A DNA stretch of 63,838 bases, the filler included, from Sluysia triapertura (Eukaryota), in NCBI GenBank assembly GCA_046118255.1. It is 5 parts of 5 records of this genome, joined end to end, with 100 filler letters (N's around TTAATTAATTAA, not from the genome) between each part and the next. Parts side by side here need not be neighbours in the genome. Positions count along the whole stretch, not along the records: positions 1 to 13,620 come from JBJNIA010029166.1; 4 more parts are not named here. One strand, 5' to 3'. Shown here one piece after another: positions 1 through 13,720 of the stretch (positions within the stretch are counted from its first letter, which is position 1; each line of letters begins with the position of its first letter). Both the position numbers and the translations under genes were made by a program. The notes under the pieces were generated by a model. The model searched no databases and was not told the DNA's origin. It saw only the letters and a program-made list of their open reading frames with translations.

Positions 1-561
1 TATCTTAATATATGATCAACTGAAAATTTTGTTAAAATAAAATACAGCTCTAAAATTTGTTGTTTTTCGTCTGCTGTTTAAATGTTTTCCTACAATGAAT
101 ACATTATTTTTAGGATAGAAATATTTTGCAAAATAAAAAAAATTTGAAACCGCAATATATTTTAACAAGCATAAAGCAAAATAAAATAAAAAATCAATAA
201 AATAATTTGTTTTTTTTCGGGCAATATTTTGGATATTCTTTATATTTTCTGCATGCAAAAATAAATTAAAGTAAAAAATGTACATTCATTATAACTCTCC
301 AGTGAGTCCGGAATATATTCGTCATCAAATGTAATGGCTTCTAATGGGTCGACATTGTCATGTAATTTCTCGACGCTCAGCCGTGTTCTGTAGCCTCTCC
401 ATTTCGGCAGAAATTTGGAGTGATACTTGGTATTGTAACACTACCAGATTCATTTGATTCATAATAATTGATGAATGATTTTCTAAATGCACTTATTCAC
501 ATACTAATTTTGCACTTGAAATTATCCATTTATAAATTAGACGCAAAATCATTTTAAATTT

Positions 562-906
562 TTATACCACTTTAGCGCATTGCAAATTTATAATACCACA
601 TTCAACAATTTTATCACTATCAAAAATATCGACATAAACATTGTATTTCAGGTAAGACATATCAGGAAAAAGTTCAGGTTCAAATATGTATTGCTTAGAA
701 AGCTTAGTTGATAACTTGTACAATGTAATTGAGTCGTCAATTTTGAATGTGACTTTGCATGATTGTACGCAATTAATTTGGATTCTGATTGGATATGAAA
801 TGTATTCTATTGCTTTCTTACACCCCACATTTCTGAATTTACAATTTGTAAAAATAATCAATGAATAATCTTTTAATTTGCATAAATAGTGTTTTGATTT
901 CCATGA
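562..906 (-). CDS. Divergent, compact TATA-binding-protein (TBP)-like ORF, possibly decayed
   Basis: LIIFTNCKFRNVGCK resembles TBP LIFxSGKxxxTGAK. FEPELFP matches YEPELFP, and VDIFDSDKIVECG resembles LIFxSGKIVxTG. The frame is open from about 906 and has no introns. Conserved glycines are substituted. Confidence 0.6.
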   Translation of the reverse strand, partial: SWKSKHYLCKLKDYSLIIFTNCKFRNVGCKKAIEYISYPIRIQINCVQSCKVTFKIDDSITLYKLSTKLSKQYIFEPELFPDMSYLKYNVYVDIFDSDKIVECGIINLQCAKVV

Positions 907-2134
907 CTAATTTTAAATGACTAATATAATCTCAAATGTGATAATTGACGTAAAAAATAATTATGCCTAAATTTATCTATCCACACACATTAACGAAGAA
1001 ATGACCAAATATTTTGTTTTATTTTTGTGTGTACGTATGTAGAGTGGAAAGATTTGTCTCCATGCATATGCACTAAAATTTGTGTATAAATGTGAGATGC
1101 ATTTTCTCTTGCATCATTTTCGTATACAATGTCTCATATCCGCGTTGATAAATCAATACTAATTTAACAAATATTGTCGTATAATGGTAAACAAAATTTT
1201 CCGACCGGTACAGATACATCTGATACATAATTAGATAATCTGATCAATTCATTTTCAAATTAATTAACACCAAATCCAAACTTCATATAATACTAACTCT
1301 AACAAAGAAATAACAATCAACCAATCAGAATGATCTAATCCATAATCCAGAGGAAGTGAGTGCTTATTTACATACTTGACTTTAATTTCATAATTAATTG
1401 TTTCTATGACTACTACCTACAAGTAGAGATTCTATGGTTGCTTCGTTGAACAAGACTTGCATGGAACACGCAAAATATGCAAAATTATAAATTTAATTCA
1501 TCAACATTCACACATTTTAATGAACAAAATAATGAATAAAATATTTCCAAACATTCAAGTAAAACAACAAGGTACGATGTTTATAATTGAAAAAATTATT
1601 TGTAAAAAAGAATGACAAAAAGGAAATTAAAAATCAAAGAACGTTTTAATTTATTTTGTTTTGATNNNNNNNNNNNNNNNNNNNNNNNNNNNNNNNNNNN
1701 NNNNNNNNNNNNNNNNNNNNNNNNNNNNNNNNNNNNNNNNNNNNNNNNNNNNNNNNNNNNNNNNNNNNNNNNNNNNNNNNNNNNNNNNNNNNNNNNNNNN
1801 NNNTTCATTACTTTATTGAAAGAGAGTAAGAGAACATTTGTTGGACGATTTGAGAACGATCCTGAAGTAAGACACGTTGTTGTATGATGATGGAGATCTT
1901 TTCAATAATTTTAGATATTTGCAATCGTACCATAATCCAGTAAATAAATGAATTCATACAATTGTGATGCTTTTCCATGTACTTAATTCGTTCCATAAGC
2001 CGATCTCGATCTGGCTGTCACCAACATTCTGATTGTACAGCCTATGTGACAGTCGATCAGTAAAATGTGACGACTCTTTCAGTTCGTAGTTACTGAATCG
2101 ATCATATAACGACTTTCCCAACTATTCTAAATTG

Positions 2135-2203
2135 TCCCATATGCAGTTTTTTGTGTCCGATAAGGTGCATGTGATGAGCGAATCATTTAAGACAGTTTGA
2201 ACA
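2135..2203 (-). pseudogene. Single decayed C2H2 zinc finger
   Basis: Minus-strand translation CSNCLK*FAHHMHLIGHKKLHMG fits CxxC-K-F-L-H-xxx-H with an internal TGA. Confidence 0.4.
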
Positions 2204-5200
2204 ATTACAATATCGATTTTCAAACTGTTCTCACGATTGGCTAGATATTAATATGAAAATTATTCTGATACTTTCAATATATATTATAAGCACAACTTTG
2301 TGGAGAGTTTGCAAACCTTTTATGGCCACAAACATAAATATGCAAGTGTAAAAACTTTAATAAATTGTTTTTACAAAAATTCTACTTTATTTATTAATTT
2401 GTTGTTTATTTTCAACTATTTCTGACTCTACAAAACTACACTGCTCTTACTGATGAGATAGACGTTGCTGATAAACTCAGAGTCAAATGTTCAATATTGC
2501 ATGATCCTGTATCTCTGACACGAAATAGAATCTAAGTAATTGTCAGTAGTTAATAACAACCACAGCTCGTTATTCAGTATTTTTATACTTTCATCTATTT
2601 GTGTGATTCATGATTTGTTCTTTTGCTTAAGCGTGAGTGCAAATAAAAAAAGGATATCGAGTCCTGTTGCGTCTCACTGCCAACCACACGAGTATACTCT
2701 TGTTTGATTTTTGTACATGTAAATGATGATTATCTAAGTGTTTATCTTGAAATAATAATAAATCTTAGATAAACAATAATACTCAAAACAGAAATGGCAC
2801 AGCGAACAGTATTACTATTGAAAACGGTTAATTTTACTTAACAATGATTGGATGATTTTAATGAAACATTTTCTTAACTGTTTGTTGACTAGTAATAGAT
2901 GTTAGATAAATAATAATAATAATCACGCCCTAACAGATGATGTCATAATAATTAAGAAATAAATTTCGATTATAATTTATAATTTCGGTTAATAATTTGG
3001 AAAATAAATTATCATTATTATTATTATTATTATTTATATTTCATTCGATTTTTAATATTAAACTTCCTTAAAGCTACACTTTGTACTAATGAAAAAGCAG
3101 AATTAATCAAGTAGACATTCCAGTGATACCATCAAACGTATTAGTCAAATATACTACATCAAGAAAATAAATATGGGATCGTTTTACACCAAGATAGATA
3201 ATTTTGACTCATGGTATACCGAAGTAAAAAATAATAATCGATTTGTTGATTACTTACATATTTTGAAACAGAACCTGTAAAAGAACTAGGTACCCGGTGT
3301 CACAATGTCACTATGTAGGGTTCAATAAAACAATAACAAGAATTTATGCATTTTCACTTCTTATTTTTAGAAATGTCACGGATCACTTTGTTTTGTAAAC
3401 ATTGTTGTGCCTTTTAACTTTGTATTATCGTTAAATCGAAAACTTAGAAAATCAAAATAAAATTTCTGTCACAATTAATGTTACTGATCAATTATCACAA
3501 ATGACACTGAAGCAGCCAAAATAATGTCAGAGAAATGGTAGATGATAAATAATCGTCAATCAATATCAACTAATAACGTAACTGTTAAGAAAATTAACGC
3601 GCCAACAATTAAATCAATATAATCAATGAAAAACGAAATTATCCTCCTGCTCCTCCAATAATGTAACTCGAATATGATTTGTGGCCCCTCATGATCCGTT
3701 GTGAATTGAGACCCGAAATCAACTCGACTATATGACAAAGTTTAATCAATTTATTAACTCTGTATTCTATAATTAGTCAGTAAAATATAATTGACACACA
3801 TTCAGTTCCTTTGTTTGCAGTGAACTGACACTCACTATTCAAACCAACTAAGATTAAGTCTGATTGGTCTATTTACCTTTACATTATATGTGTCCTTTTA
3901 TATTATTACTAAACAGATCTCTCTTAAAATAACATTTCGTACCATTGTATTTCCTCATATAACTATCAACTTAATGTTTTATATGATTTTCTCTCATTTT
4001 CGTAATTTCTAACTTCTTAGGCCAATAATTTACAATGAGCAATACGTCAACGCTATGTTTTTTTCATTAAATAAATATTGATTTATTCTGGATGTTTCTA
4101 ATATCTCCGATTATTCCATGATACGCATTTCTTTGTCAACACTTAAAATTAATTGAAATTACAATTTCTTGAGTTATTTTTCTATTGACAATGTTAAAAT
4201 ATCTTCCACGTTATTCCAAAAATATACATATTTTAATTACCCTAATTAAGTCATAATTTAATCAAACATAACTTAACACCTGCACTACGTATAGACTTAG
4301 GGTGAATTTCATTCAGTAAAATCAGCACAAGACCGACTAACTCGGCACACAGCATGCATGCAATGTTCATCGCATTCATTCAGTACTCGCTTTAAATCAC
4401 TAATCTGCTAAATATGTATTTCTATATGACCCTTTTTATATATAGGCTTTTTCACAATATCTCATTACTACCTTCCATGTCGCAAACGATTTATCTGTTT
4501 ATCATTCTATTAAAATTATTATTTCCATTAAAATGTCTGAATTTCTTTCATAATTGAATCAATAATCAATCTTAATTTAATGTTTATTATTATTTTACTT
4601 TTTACATCCAGACCTAACACATGATTCCATACGCAAGTCCTTATGAGTTAAGTAATATTTCATAAATCCGAACTCTTAAGAACCTTAACAGACTTATTTA
4701 TCACTTCGATAATGATGTGACATATCCAAGCTGGGACAAGAGAGAGAGAGAGAGAGAGAGTAGTTTCATTTGGAAATAAAGAACAATGATCAAGTTTAAG
4801 AGATTGAAAATAATGATAATAATAATATTTAATAATTCCCATATTGACAACTTTACGAATGAAACTATGTATTCGACTAGTATGATAATAATTATTATTG
4901 TAATGATAATAATAAATAAATAAGTTTAAGAATCAAACAGGGCTTTCGTAGTAGTGTGTATCTAAATTGGTAATCATCATTTTCCTAAGTAAATAAGAAA
5001 CAGTTGTCATTTGTGCAGCGTGTAACATTAGATGACAGTTGTTTTTAATTGAAGTTTTAGCTGTTCTAGATGCTTAAGAAGGCACAGAAACTGCTTGTAT
5101 GTTAGAAGATATGTCCTTATATATGCACTTNNNNNNNNNNNNNNNNNNNNNNNNNNNNNNNNNNNNNNNNNNNNNNNNNNNNNNNNNNNNNNNNNNNNNN

Positions 5201-5525
5201 NNNNNNNNNNNNNNNNNNNNNNNNNNNNNNNNNNNNNNNNNNNNNNNNNNNNNNNNNNNNNNNNNNNNNNNNNNNNNNNNNNNNNNNNNNNNNNNNNNNN
5301 NNNNNNNNNNNNNNNNNNNNNNNNNNNNNNNNNNTTTTTCCACCCAAACAGCATGATAACAGAACATCTATGTCAACGTTAAGCCATAATACTATAAGTT
5401 TTATTTATAATTTTTAAATTTATTAATTATAAAATTATTAATTTTGTAGAAACTGTAATATTTTTCATGCATACATTCTAATTCAGCCATTCTATATTTA
5501 TTTACATGCTGCTAGTATTCTCTTT

Positions 5526-5951
5526 TTGTCATGTCTCTATGCCTACTTGGCCGCTACCGCTCCCTCAGGTTCTCCAACGAGTTCCTATCTTCGAGTGACT
5601 TCTCTACCGTTATCCAATTCCCTTCTATTATTACAACCTCCCTATTCCACTTGTAATACACCTCTAACTCCTCGACAAACTCAACACGTGCATGAGCCAA
5701 ATCGAATGCAGCACCATCAGTTTCATTCTGCAGCATCTCCTGGTTACGACTATCAACTAGATAGTGTTAGTGACATGCTACAAGAACCAGATCCTGCTAC
5801 TGTACACCATTCTGCAACTGGAGCTACCACCACAAATCGCAACAACCACCAAGATCTATTGGATGATATTCATATGAGGAGTCAGTCTGTTGACTGCGCT
5901 AGTTCGAGTGCAGAGTCGTACGGGGCTTTGTTACTTCGATTGGCGATGCTA
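5526..5951 (+). CDS. Ser/Pro/Thr/His-rich ORF or exon of unknown function, running into an assembly gap
   Basis: About 140 open codons, clearly more GC-rich than the flanks. No recognisable domain. Confidence 0.4.
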
Positions 5952-6435
5952 NNNNNNNNNNNNNNNNNNNNNNNNNNNNNNNNNNNNNNNNNNNNNNNNN
6001 NNNNNNNNNNNNNNNNNNNNNNNNNNNNNNNNNNNNNNNNNNNNNNNNNNNNNNNNNNNNNNNNNNNNNNNNNNNNNNNNNNNNNNNNNNNNNNNNNNNN
6101 NNNAATTCGGGATAAATGTTAAAAATGATTTAGTAAATTGATGAACTGTATTCAGATCTAGGATTATTGTATTTAATTTGAAATATATAAAATTTGAATT
6201 AATTCTGATTCTTTTTGTTTCATTTGTTTTCTTCTTTATTTCGGTTTCTTTTGCTTCGTTTTCTGCGTCTCGTTTTCGGACCGCACTCATTATTTATGAT
6301 GGGCATTTCATTTTTACGAGTTTATTTATTTTTAGTTTACTAATTTAATTACTGATAACTAATAGTAGACTGTTGGCTGCCAAATTATCGTCTGTATCTT
6401 TACTAATTTGTTCAGCTACTTTTGTTATTTTGTTA

Positions 6436-7041
6436 CAAAGCCCGGATAAAGGAGCGGGCAAGCCGGGCGACTGCTCGAGGCGCCAAATTTTGAGGGTCGT
6501 CGATATAAAAATAAAATATTTTTACATTCATTATTTTTTTAGATTTTATAAATTAAAATCGATCATTTTTCATGAGACAGCGATTTTTTTAGCGAGCAAT
6601 AAATTTTTTTATTTAATAATACCAAATAAAGGTCACAACGCTAATTATTTTAATATTGTGAACTGTTTACAAACTGATTTTCAAAAAAATTAATTTAATT
6701 AACTATGTTATTGAATTTTTGACAAATAGCATTATAAAAAATCTTGTATGAAACGTATGCAACAGGAATAGCACAACTTATTTTTCAAAGTTCTCGCTCA
6801 TTCGTCGTACAAACTTCAAATGATCTAAGTATGTTATTCCATATGTTGCATCGCTTGTAAGTAAATAACTATTGTATTATTTTTTAAATAAATAAATTTT
6901 TACGCAGTTCTTTTTGTGTAATTTTCATTTTTTTCCTTTTTTATTATTTTTTTTAATTCGCAGTAAAATTGTATGTTCTTATGTGAAAAGGCGCCAAATT
7001 TTGTTTTGCCAGGGGTGCTCAAAACCCTAGATCCAGCCCTT
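6436..7041. mobile_element. Decayed non-autonomous DNA transposon (hAT-like MITE)
   Basis: GC-rich ends CAAAGCCCGGATAAAGG and CCCTAGATCCAGCCCT form an imperfect inverted repeat. GGCGCCAAATTTTG recurs near both ends around an AT-rich interior. Confidence 0.55.
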
Positions 7042-9813
7042 TTGCAATACCATTTTAAACATTCAACACATTATTAAAAATGTACATTTTAAAAATCATT
7101 TTTGTTTTAATACTCCCATTTTTAATTTAATTTGTTAAAATTTTAATAAAATGGAGATTAGAAAAATTGTTTTGCATGGTTTGTACCGGCAGATTCGAAA
7201 AAGGAACCTGAACAGTAACTACGCATAAAGTGATAAAGCTGTGACGTTACAATGCAAGAATGGCAAAGTAGTAGTACAAAAGGTGTGCTGGCGAAGACTT
7301 AGTGCTTAAAAACAAAGACAGATCTTATGTTGTTGGTGAAATAAACGTGTCGGTGTAATTTTGTTCTAACTTTGGAGTAATGTATTAATTGTTTAAATGA
7401 TTTATCTCAATATCTTTATACTTATTTAAACGAAATCTAATTAATGATCCACGAAAATAAAATTTATCTTATCACTTATTATGATCGTAGTCTTCTTTAA
7501 CTACATTTTTTTGCATTTTAGTTTAGTGACAATTCTACTAATTTACAATTCTTGCTCTATTGTACACGTCAATAATTTTCATTTTAATTCTTTGCCAATA
7601 TTAACTCTTAACTTTCTACTTTAATTTTATATAAACTTTAATTCTAATATTTTAGACTTAATTTAAGTTAATCTAACAAAAATCTCTTATTAATATTGCT
7701 TCGTCATATTGAATTCCTTCTAAATAATTCCTTTATTAATTTCAATTTATCAATTTTATTTTCTATTTAATATTTTGATCAACTTGGTAAATTCTTTTGC
7801 AATTAATTAATTTTTCAAAAATTAATAAATAAGAGTTCTTGGAAGATTTATTGGATACGATAATGAATGATGTAAAAATAAAAATGCTAAATGAAACAAT
7901 CAAATAAACAAATAATAAGTGATACTTTATTATTAGAATTAATTCTCTAATACATATTTTAATAATTTATCAAAACTTAGATATTTTCTAACTAAAATTA
8001 GAAATTTATCCTTATTCTTATTTTGAGTAATATTTTGTGTCTTGAAAGAAAATCAGACAAAATCTTATGAACAAAAACTTACAAAATTATTCCTTAACTG
8101 TTTTTTGATATAAAAGCGAGCGAGTCGAGCACTATAATTATCAAATTTTCTGCCCAACCAATTATCTCCTAATGATTATAAATGTCTTAAAACCAGTACT
8201 GAGTTTTCACCAAGCCAACAAGTATAAATGTCTTCAAGCAATTACAGAATTTTCTTTACCAAATTAACAAATAAAAATATCCTCACAATGATTTCCACCA
8301 ATTTACAAATAATTTAAATAGACTATAGATTATAAAAATATGTTATGAACCTTGAAATCGTGTGTCCTGATTATTGTATGAGTGCGTCTAGTGGTGGCCA
8401 ACCTATTACCTTTGACAAATTTTATTTTAAATATAATATACATTTTCATAAATTCATTAAAAACATTTTTTACACAATCCTATGTCAATATAACACTCAA
8501 CCCCAAAATCTACAACTCATTTTTTTAAATTCTCAATTTAATACAAAAATAACTAAAATCATATTCTTTTCAACACCACACAGCAACCTTGTAAAATTCG
8601 TCACAACCGTTTTTATATCTTATTTCTTTTCAGATACACCAAAATAAACTTCCATTTTTCAAAACACTCCAAATATACAATCTTATAATATACAAACCAC
8701 AATGACATTAAATACTATCAATTACATTAAGAGATTCATCAAAAATATTTTATTCGACATTTCACAACAATCCAACTACAATCACATTGGAAATTAACTA
8801 CCAGACACCTTCAAATTAATTCGAACATTCTAAATTCATGATCCGTTATCATTTAAATCCTAACGGATAAACATTACTTTCATACAAAACTCTAACGTAT
8901 ATTTATCATTTATTCTAAACAGTCATATTATTTCGAAATATTTAAAGCATAGCCTTTCAATACTCAAGCTCATCTTCAGCTAGAAACATTATTTCAATTA
9001 GAACATCAAGGTGTATTCTAACATCAACATAAATCATTCATATTGTTTCAAAATATTTAATACCTAAATTTATTTTCACCTAAAATGAGTAAATTGCATT
9101 AAAAAATTACACTAAAACGCTTTACGCATTATCTTATAACATTAGCGTCACTATTACACCTTAAAATTTTATCAAAAATACGTAACATTAAGTGGTAACA
9201 TCTTTAAAGCTCTTCTGTTTCAATAATTTTTAAATATGTTTAGAAATTTAAAAGATCGAAGAAAGATCATATATAGTTTTGTTTACAAGAATTTATGTAT
9301 TAAAAACAATAATAATAATAACATTGCTGTTATTATTATTATTATTATCATATTTTTATCATTTTTAATTTTTAAAAATTTATTTTGTTAATTACTAATT
9401 TTATTGCCACTATCGATGGTAACTATTTGTTGCTACGTATGAAGTGTTGTCATCATCGATAGTGGTCGATTTATTGGCTTGATGTGAATTTCGCTGCATT
9501 ATTGGCTGCCTAATCACAATTACTCTTTACATTAATTTCACTGCTTTAATTAGACAACCAATGGTGACACTTCAACCACACTGAAAATTGTGAACACCGT
9601 ACTTAATTAGTAATTCAGTCAGTCAAGTTGATTTTTGGCATTAAATTTTACTACAACCAACCAAAAATGACTATTTTCATTGCTCAGATTTATTTTATGG
9701 CACAAATTTATGTTTTAGCTCAAAATTGTAGTAATAGCACTCACAAATTTATTGATAACTGAAAAAAATTTTCACTTAAAAATAGTACTAAAAAACAAAT
9801 TAATTAATTACAA

Positions 9814-11057
9814 ATGAGTAAAAATTTAAATGTGCATTTATTAATGAAAATATAATACTTTTAAATGATGATGACGTTAACGAATGTAATAAAATTATTT
9901 ATATTGTAGAACCTAAAGGCAAAAAAGTTGTCATAAAGAAAATAAAATTAAATTGTTTTCGAAATTACATTTATCTAGTAGATTTTGTAATTACGATGAG
10001 ATAAGCATAATTGAAGTAAAATGTTTAAATTCAATATCCAAATACGATCATATAATTATTCATGGTGAGTTTTGTGGAAAAGTATTAAAAATTAGCAATA
10101 TTAAAGGAATTAATAGCTTTTTAGTAAAATTAGATCAAACTATTCCTAGGAAAGAACATGTTGATAAAAAGAAGGTGAAGTGAAATTAAGAAAAATGATG
10201 ATCATTGTGTCAATAGTGTACGTAACCAAATTTCTATTCACTTAAAACGACAGACCAACGTAATTTCAAAAAATGAGGCAGAATGCAAATTAATAAGTTA
10301 CCAGTTTAAAATTAAAAATTTCAGTTATATTGTTGAGACATCACAATGTGATCGAAACTTACTGAATCGATGAAGTTAACTGTAAAATCGAAGAAATGAT
10401 CAACGGTTTTAAAACAGTGAAACCAAATGAACATGGAATAGAAACCAATTTTGGGGTTTTGTATTCAGTCTTATGTAAAAGCGAACTTGGATTAGATTTC
10501 TGTGATGAAATAAAGTGGATAGATTTCGAAGAAGTTCCATCTTTCAGATTTGGAATTGAAACTAACATTTATCATCGCGATGATACGAACAGTACATGTT
10601 ACGATAAGTCATTACTTTCTATAAAGTACGAATATGGAATTTTAGTGGAGTCTCATTTGGTTTTTAATGATGATCGATGTTTTGATAAACTACAAATGAA
10701 AATTGCAAGGGATGGGTTAAAATATTTCGAATCTACTATAATTAGTGATGATAATGACAAATTTTCTCAAAATATGCAATTTCAGTTTTAACTAACATTA
10801 CCATGGAAATGTACACTAATATCGTAGAACAAGCATCACTAAGCTGTGTAAATGATCGTCAAATAACTTCACAGAATTATGATATATTAATAATTAAAGA
10901 AAATGTCAAGAAGCAATCAGTAAAATGTACAAATCATTTAAACAGACCCATTTCAAGTCAATTCAACAAGAATGCATTCTGCCCATTCAGCAGTGATCAC
11001 AACGGCATTTGCATAAAGTATGGAATTGGCTGTATTTATGCTCACACAGTGAACTAA
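9814..11057 (+). pseudogene. Frameshifted CUB-domain-like protein remnant
   Basis: Joining frames gives ECNKIIYIVEPKGKKVVI..., FCNYDEISI and HGEFCGK, matching CUB motifs (C.Y.I.AP.G, C.YD.L.I, G.FCG). Several ORF pieces are separated by frameshifts and stops. Confidence 0.45.
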
Positions 11058-11334
11058 ATGGTGTCTATGAAAGAACAAAATACAAACTATGATCACCATC
11101 CTTCTAGAGTAGAATCATTTTAAATTATCCTAAACCATAACATGTCTTATATATAAAATTCACGACTCAATTCTATCAGGTAAATAGATTTTTAATTTAT
11201 TTTTACTTATTTTTCTAAGACAATTTACAATTTATTTATTTAATTTGTAAATAAGTAATCTAGAGTAATCTAAATAAGAAATTAGTGTTCATACTATATA
11301 CAACAAACTTACTAATTTAATCAATAATATCAAG

Positions 11335-11475
11335 GATCGGTTTCCAAAAATGTTTCTCGAAGTGGTTCCGTAGGTTGGAGCGTTGATGATTGGTAATTGT
11401 TATCTCTCTAATCGAAGACGCGGGATTTACACTGATAACTTGACTGATACGTTCGATAATTGTTGGAGTACTGAA
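11335..11475 (-). mobile_element. Possible Tc1/mariner transposase HTH remnant
   Basis: STPTIIERISQVISVNPASSIREI resembles the T..I..V...I..NP..SIR.L motif of Tc1/mariner DNA-binding domains. Confidence 0.3.
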
Positions 11476-13247
11476 CTTGCTAACGAATTAATTTTGGTTG
11501 GTGTAAAAATGTTAATTTCGAATTGATGACAATCTATCTAATTTGTAATACCAAAATGGCTTATTATCAACAATGGCGTCTTTCTTTTCATAGTTTTTTT
11601 TTCATATAAAGCACATATTTAAAATGTTGATTTGATAAAACAATTTCATTTCTGGAAACTTCTCTTTATATTATTTTTTAAAGTAAATGAGAATTAATTT
11701 TAATTTTAATATAATTAGAATAATAATTTTTAGATAATAATAATTTAATAAATTTTTACAATAAAATAAAATATAAAATTTTGTACACCTTTACAAAAAT
11801 CATGTTGAGAATGAGTAATGCATATGTGATATTGATAAAGTCCGTGAAACTTGACATAAAATTAAGAACAAAACGTAATAAAACATTAGTGAATGGAGTA
11901 TAATGAAGATGAAAACATTAGTAATCATTTTAGGCATTAAAGAAAACCTTAGCGATACTCAAGACCTTAGTAGATTTTTGAGATCTTTGAAGAAACTCGA
12001 GTTAAAAAGTATTATCTCATAAAATAAAACTTGAAAGGGTCAACCTATAGTTGGTGACTTATCTGGTCTCTAATCATGTAAGTGCTTTTAAAGGTTATGT
12101 TGTCAAATAATTAATTTAATCCTTATTAGTAAGTATTAAGAATGACATGTGATTACGAAAGTATATTTTTATTACGACTAATTATTAACAAATTTACATT
12201 TAAAAGTATTTTTCTATTATAATGAATTAAATATAGCAAAATTAAATGACTATAAAGTGCGCTTACATTCAAGGATTACCAGTAACTATGAAATAATTAA
12301 ATACCAAATTTATAAACTGAATACAAATGAAATAAAGTCAATCGATACTAATGTGGTTTTATTTAAATTAAAGAAAGAAACCTAAGATCATAAATGAAAG
12401 TTTAACTTGAATTGAGTCCGCCTATGATATAAGGCTTACAGTAAATAGCTCCTCAACAGCATTTCAAAAGATATGGTTCTTAATGAAATTTAAGGTCAAT
12501 ATTAGTCTTTTGATGTATGCGGATGTTTTATTTTGCATTTGTTAATTTCTTAATTTTTAAATTAAATCTTTTGTTTTAAAAATATATTAACCTCAAGGTC
12601 ACCTTTTAAGATATATAACACGTATTAAAGTTGAATAAACACAATTTTTCTTTGATAATTCATTACAAATATTTAATTTAATCAAGTTGCTACTACTTCA
12701 AGAATGTTAATTGACTTTGAAGACATCATAGAATCAGGATCCATTTACAATTTCTTTCAGATAGCTTAGACATCACAAATATTATCGTTAGTTTAGTTAT
12801 GTTAAGTTTTTGCAATATATAAAATTGCGTATTTAATTTTTCTACTTAAAATCCATTTCTATTTCATAGTAGCTTATTAAAATCATCTATTTAAAATTCA
12901 ATCAAACGAATTAACTTTGTAATCCTTTTTAAAAGAGATATTCATATTATATTTTATTTATTTGATTAAAGTTCTTGTTTGTAATAAAGAAACTTTGAAT
13001 TTTAACCTTTTTATTACCATAAATAACATCATAGGTTCTGTTGCGAACCTCATTAGAATTATCTAATTAAAATTTTGATTATTTCTTAAAGGTTCAATTT
13101 AGGAACCTTATTAAAATATTAATATTCCAGATTCGATTTAAAAACCTTATCAAAATACATTAAATTCATCATTTTGGTGTAAATAATACATTTGTTAAGT
13201 GACAGCTAAGTAAGTATTATGACCTCCATTTATTTCAAAATTTATAG

Positions 13248-13620
13248 AAAATTCAACGGCTGGCCCTAACAGATAAGCCCAGTATGTTGGTGAACTCACC
13301 TTAAGCTAGGCTTTTTATTCTATCTGCTTCACCTTACTTTTCTCACAAGAAAGCAAATACCAACCACAAATAAAACACGAGAGAAATAGATGAACTTAAA
13401 AATATATCATTGAGAGTTAAAATATTGCTATAATTTGGTTTTTTTGAACTTGATTGAGCAATGTTTGAAGTATTACTGTTATGCAAGTATGTGAAGGTCC
13501 GTATATAAATTGTCACAATACTGCAAGAATAAATGTGAAAATGTGAATAATACTTAAAAATTATTGGTGAGTTCACCAACGTCTTGGTCTTACCGACTTA
13601 ACGGCCAAGCGTTGGATTTT
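13248..13620. mobile_element. MITE-like element with ~55-bp imperfect terminal inverted repeats
   Basis: 13248-13300 (AAAATTCAACGGCTGGCC...GTTGGTGAACTCACC) is an imperfect reverse complement of 13566-13620 (GGTGAGTTCACCAAC...GGCCAAGCGTTGGATTTT). Related arms occur at 46402 and 51697. Confidence 0.65.
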
Positions 13621-13720
13621 NNNNNNNNNNNNNNNNNNNNNNNNNNNNNNNNNNNNNNNNNNNNTTAATTAATTAANNNNNNNNNNNNNNNNNNNNNNNN
13701 NNNNNNNNNNNNNNNNNNNN
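13621..13720. other. Artificial scaffold-joining spacer
   Basis: N44-TTAATTAATTAA-N44 (stops in all six frames), identical at four positions in the window. Confidence 0.97.

Noticed and set aside
2445-2538. Hammerhead ribozyme (CTGATGA...CGAAA...TC)
   Set aside because: Core words are present, but stem II does not pair next to the core and stem I is only 4 bp. A similar partial match at about 52180-52215 (minus strand) is also too degenerate.
1596-6290. ORFs spanning N runs
   Set aside because: Their length is an artefact of assembly gaps.
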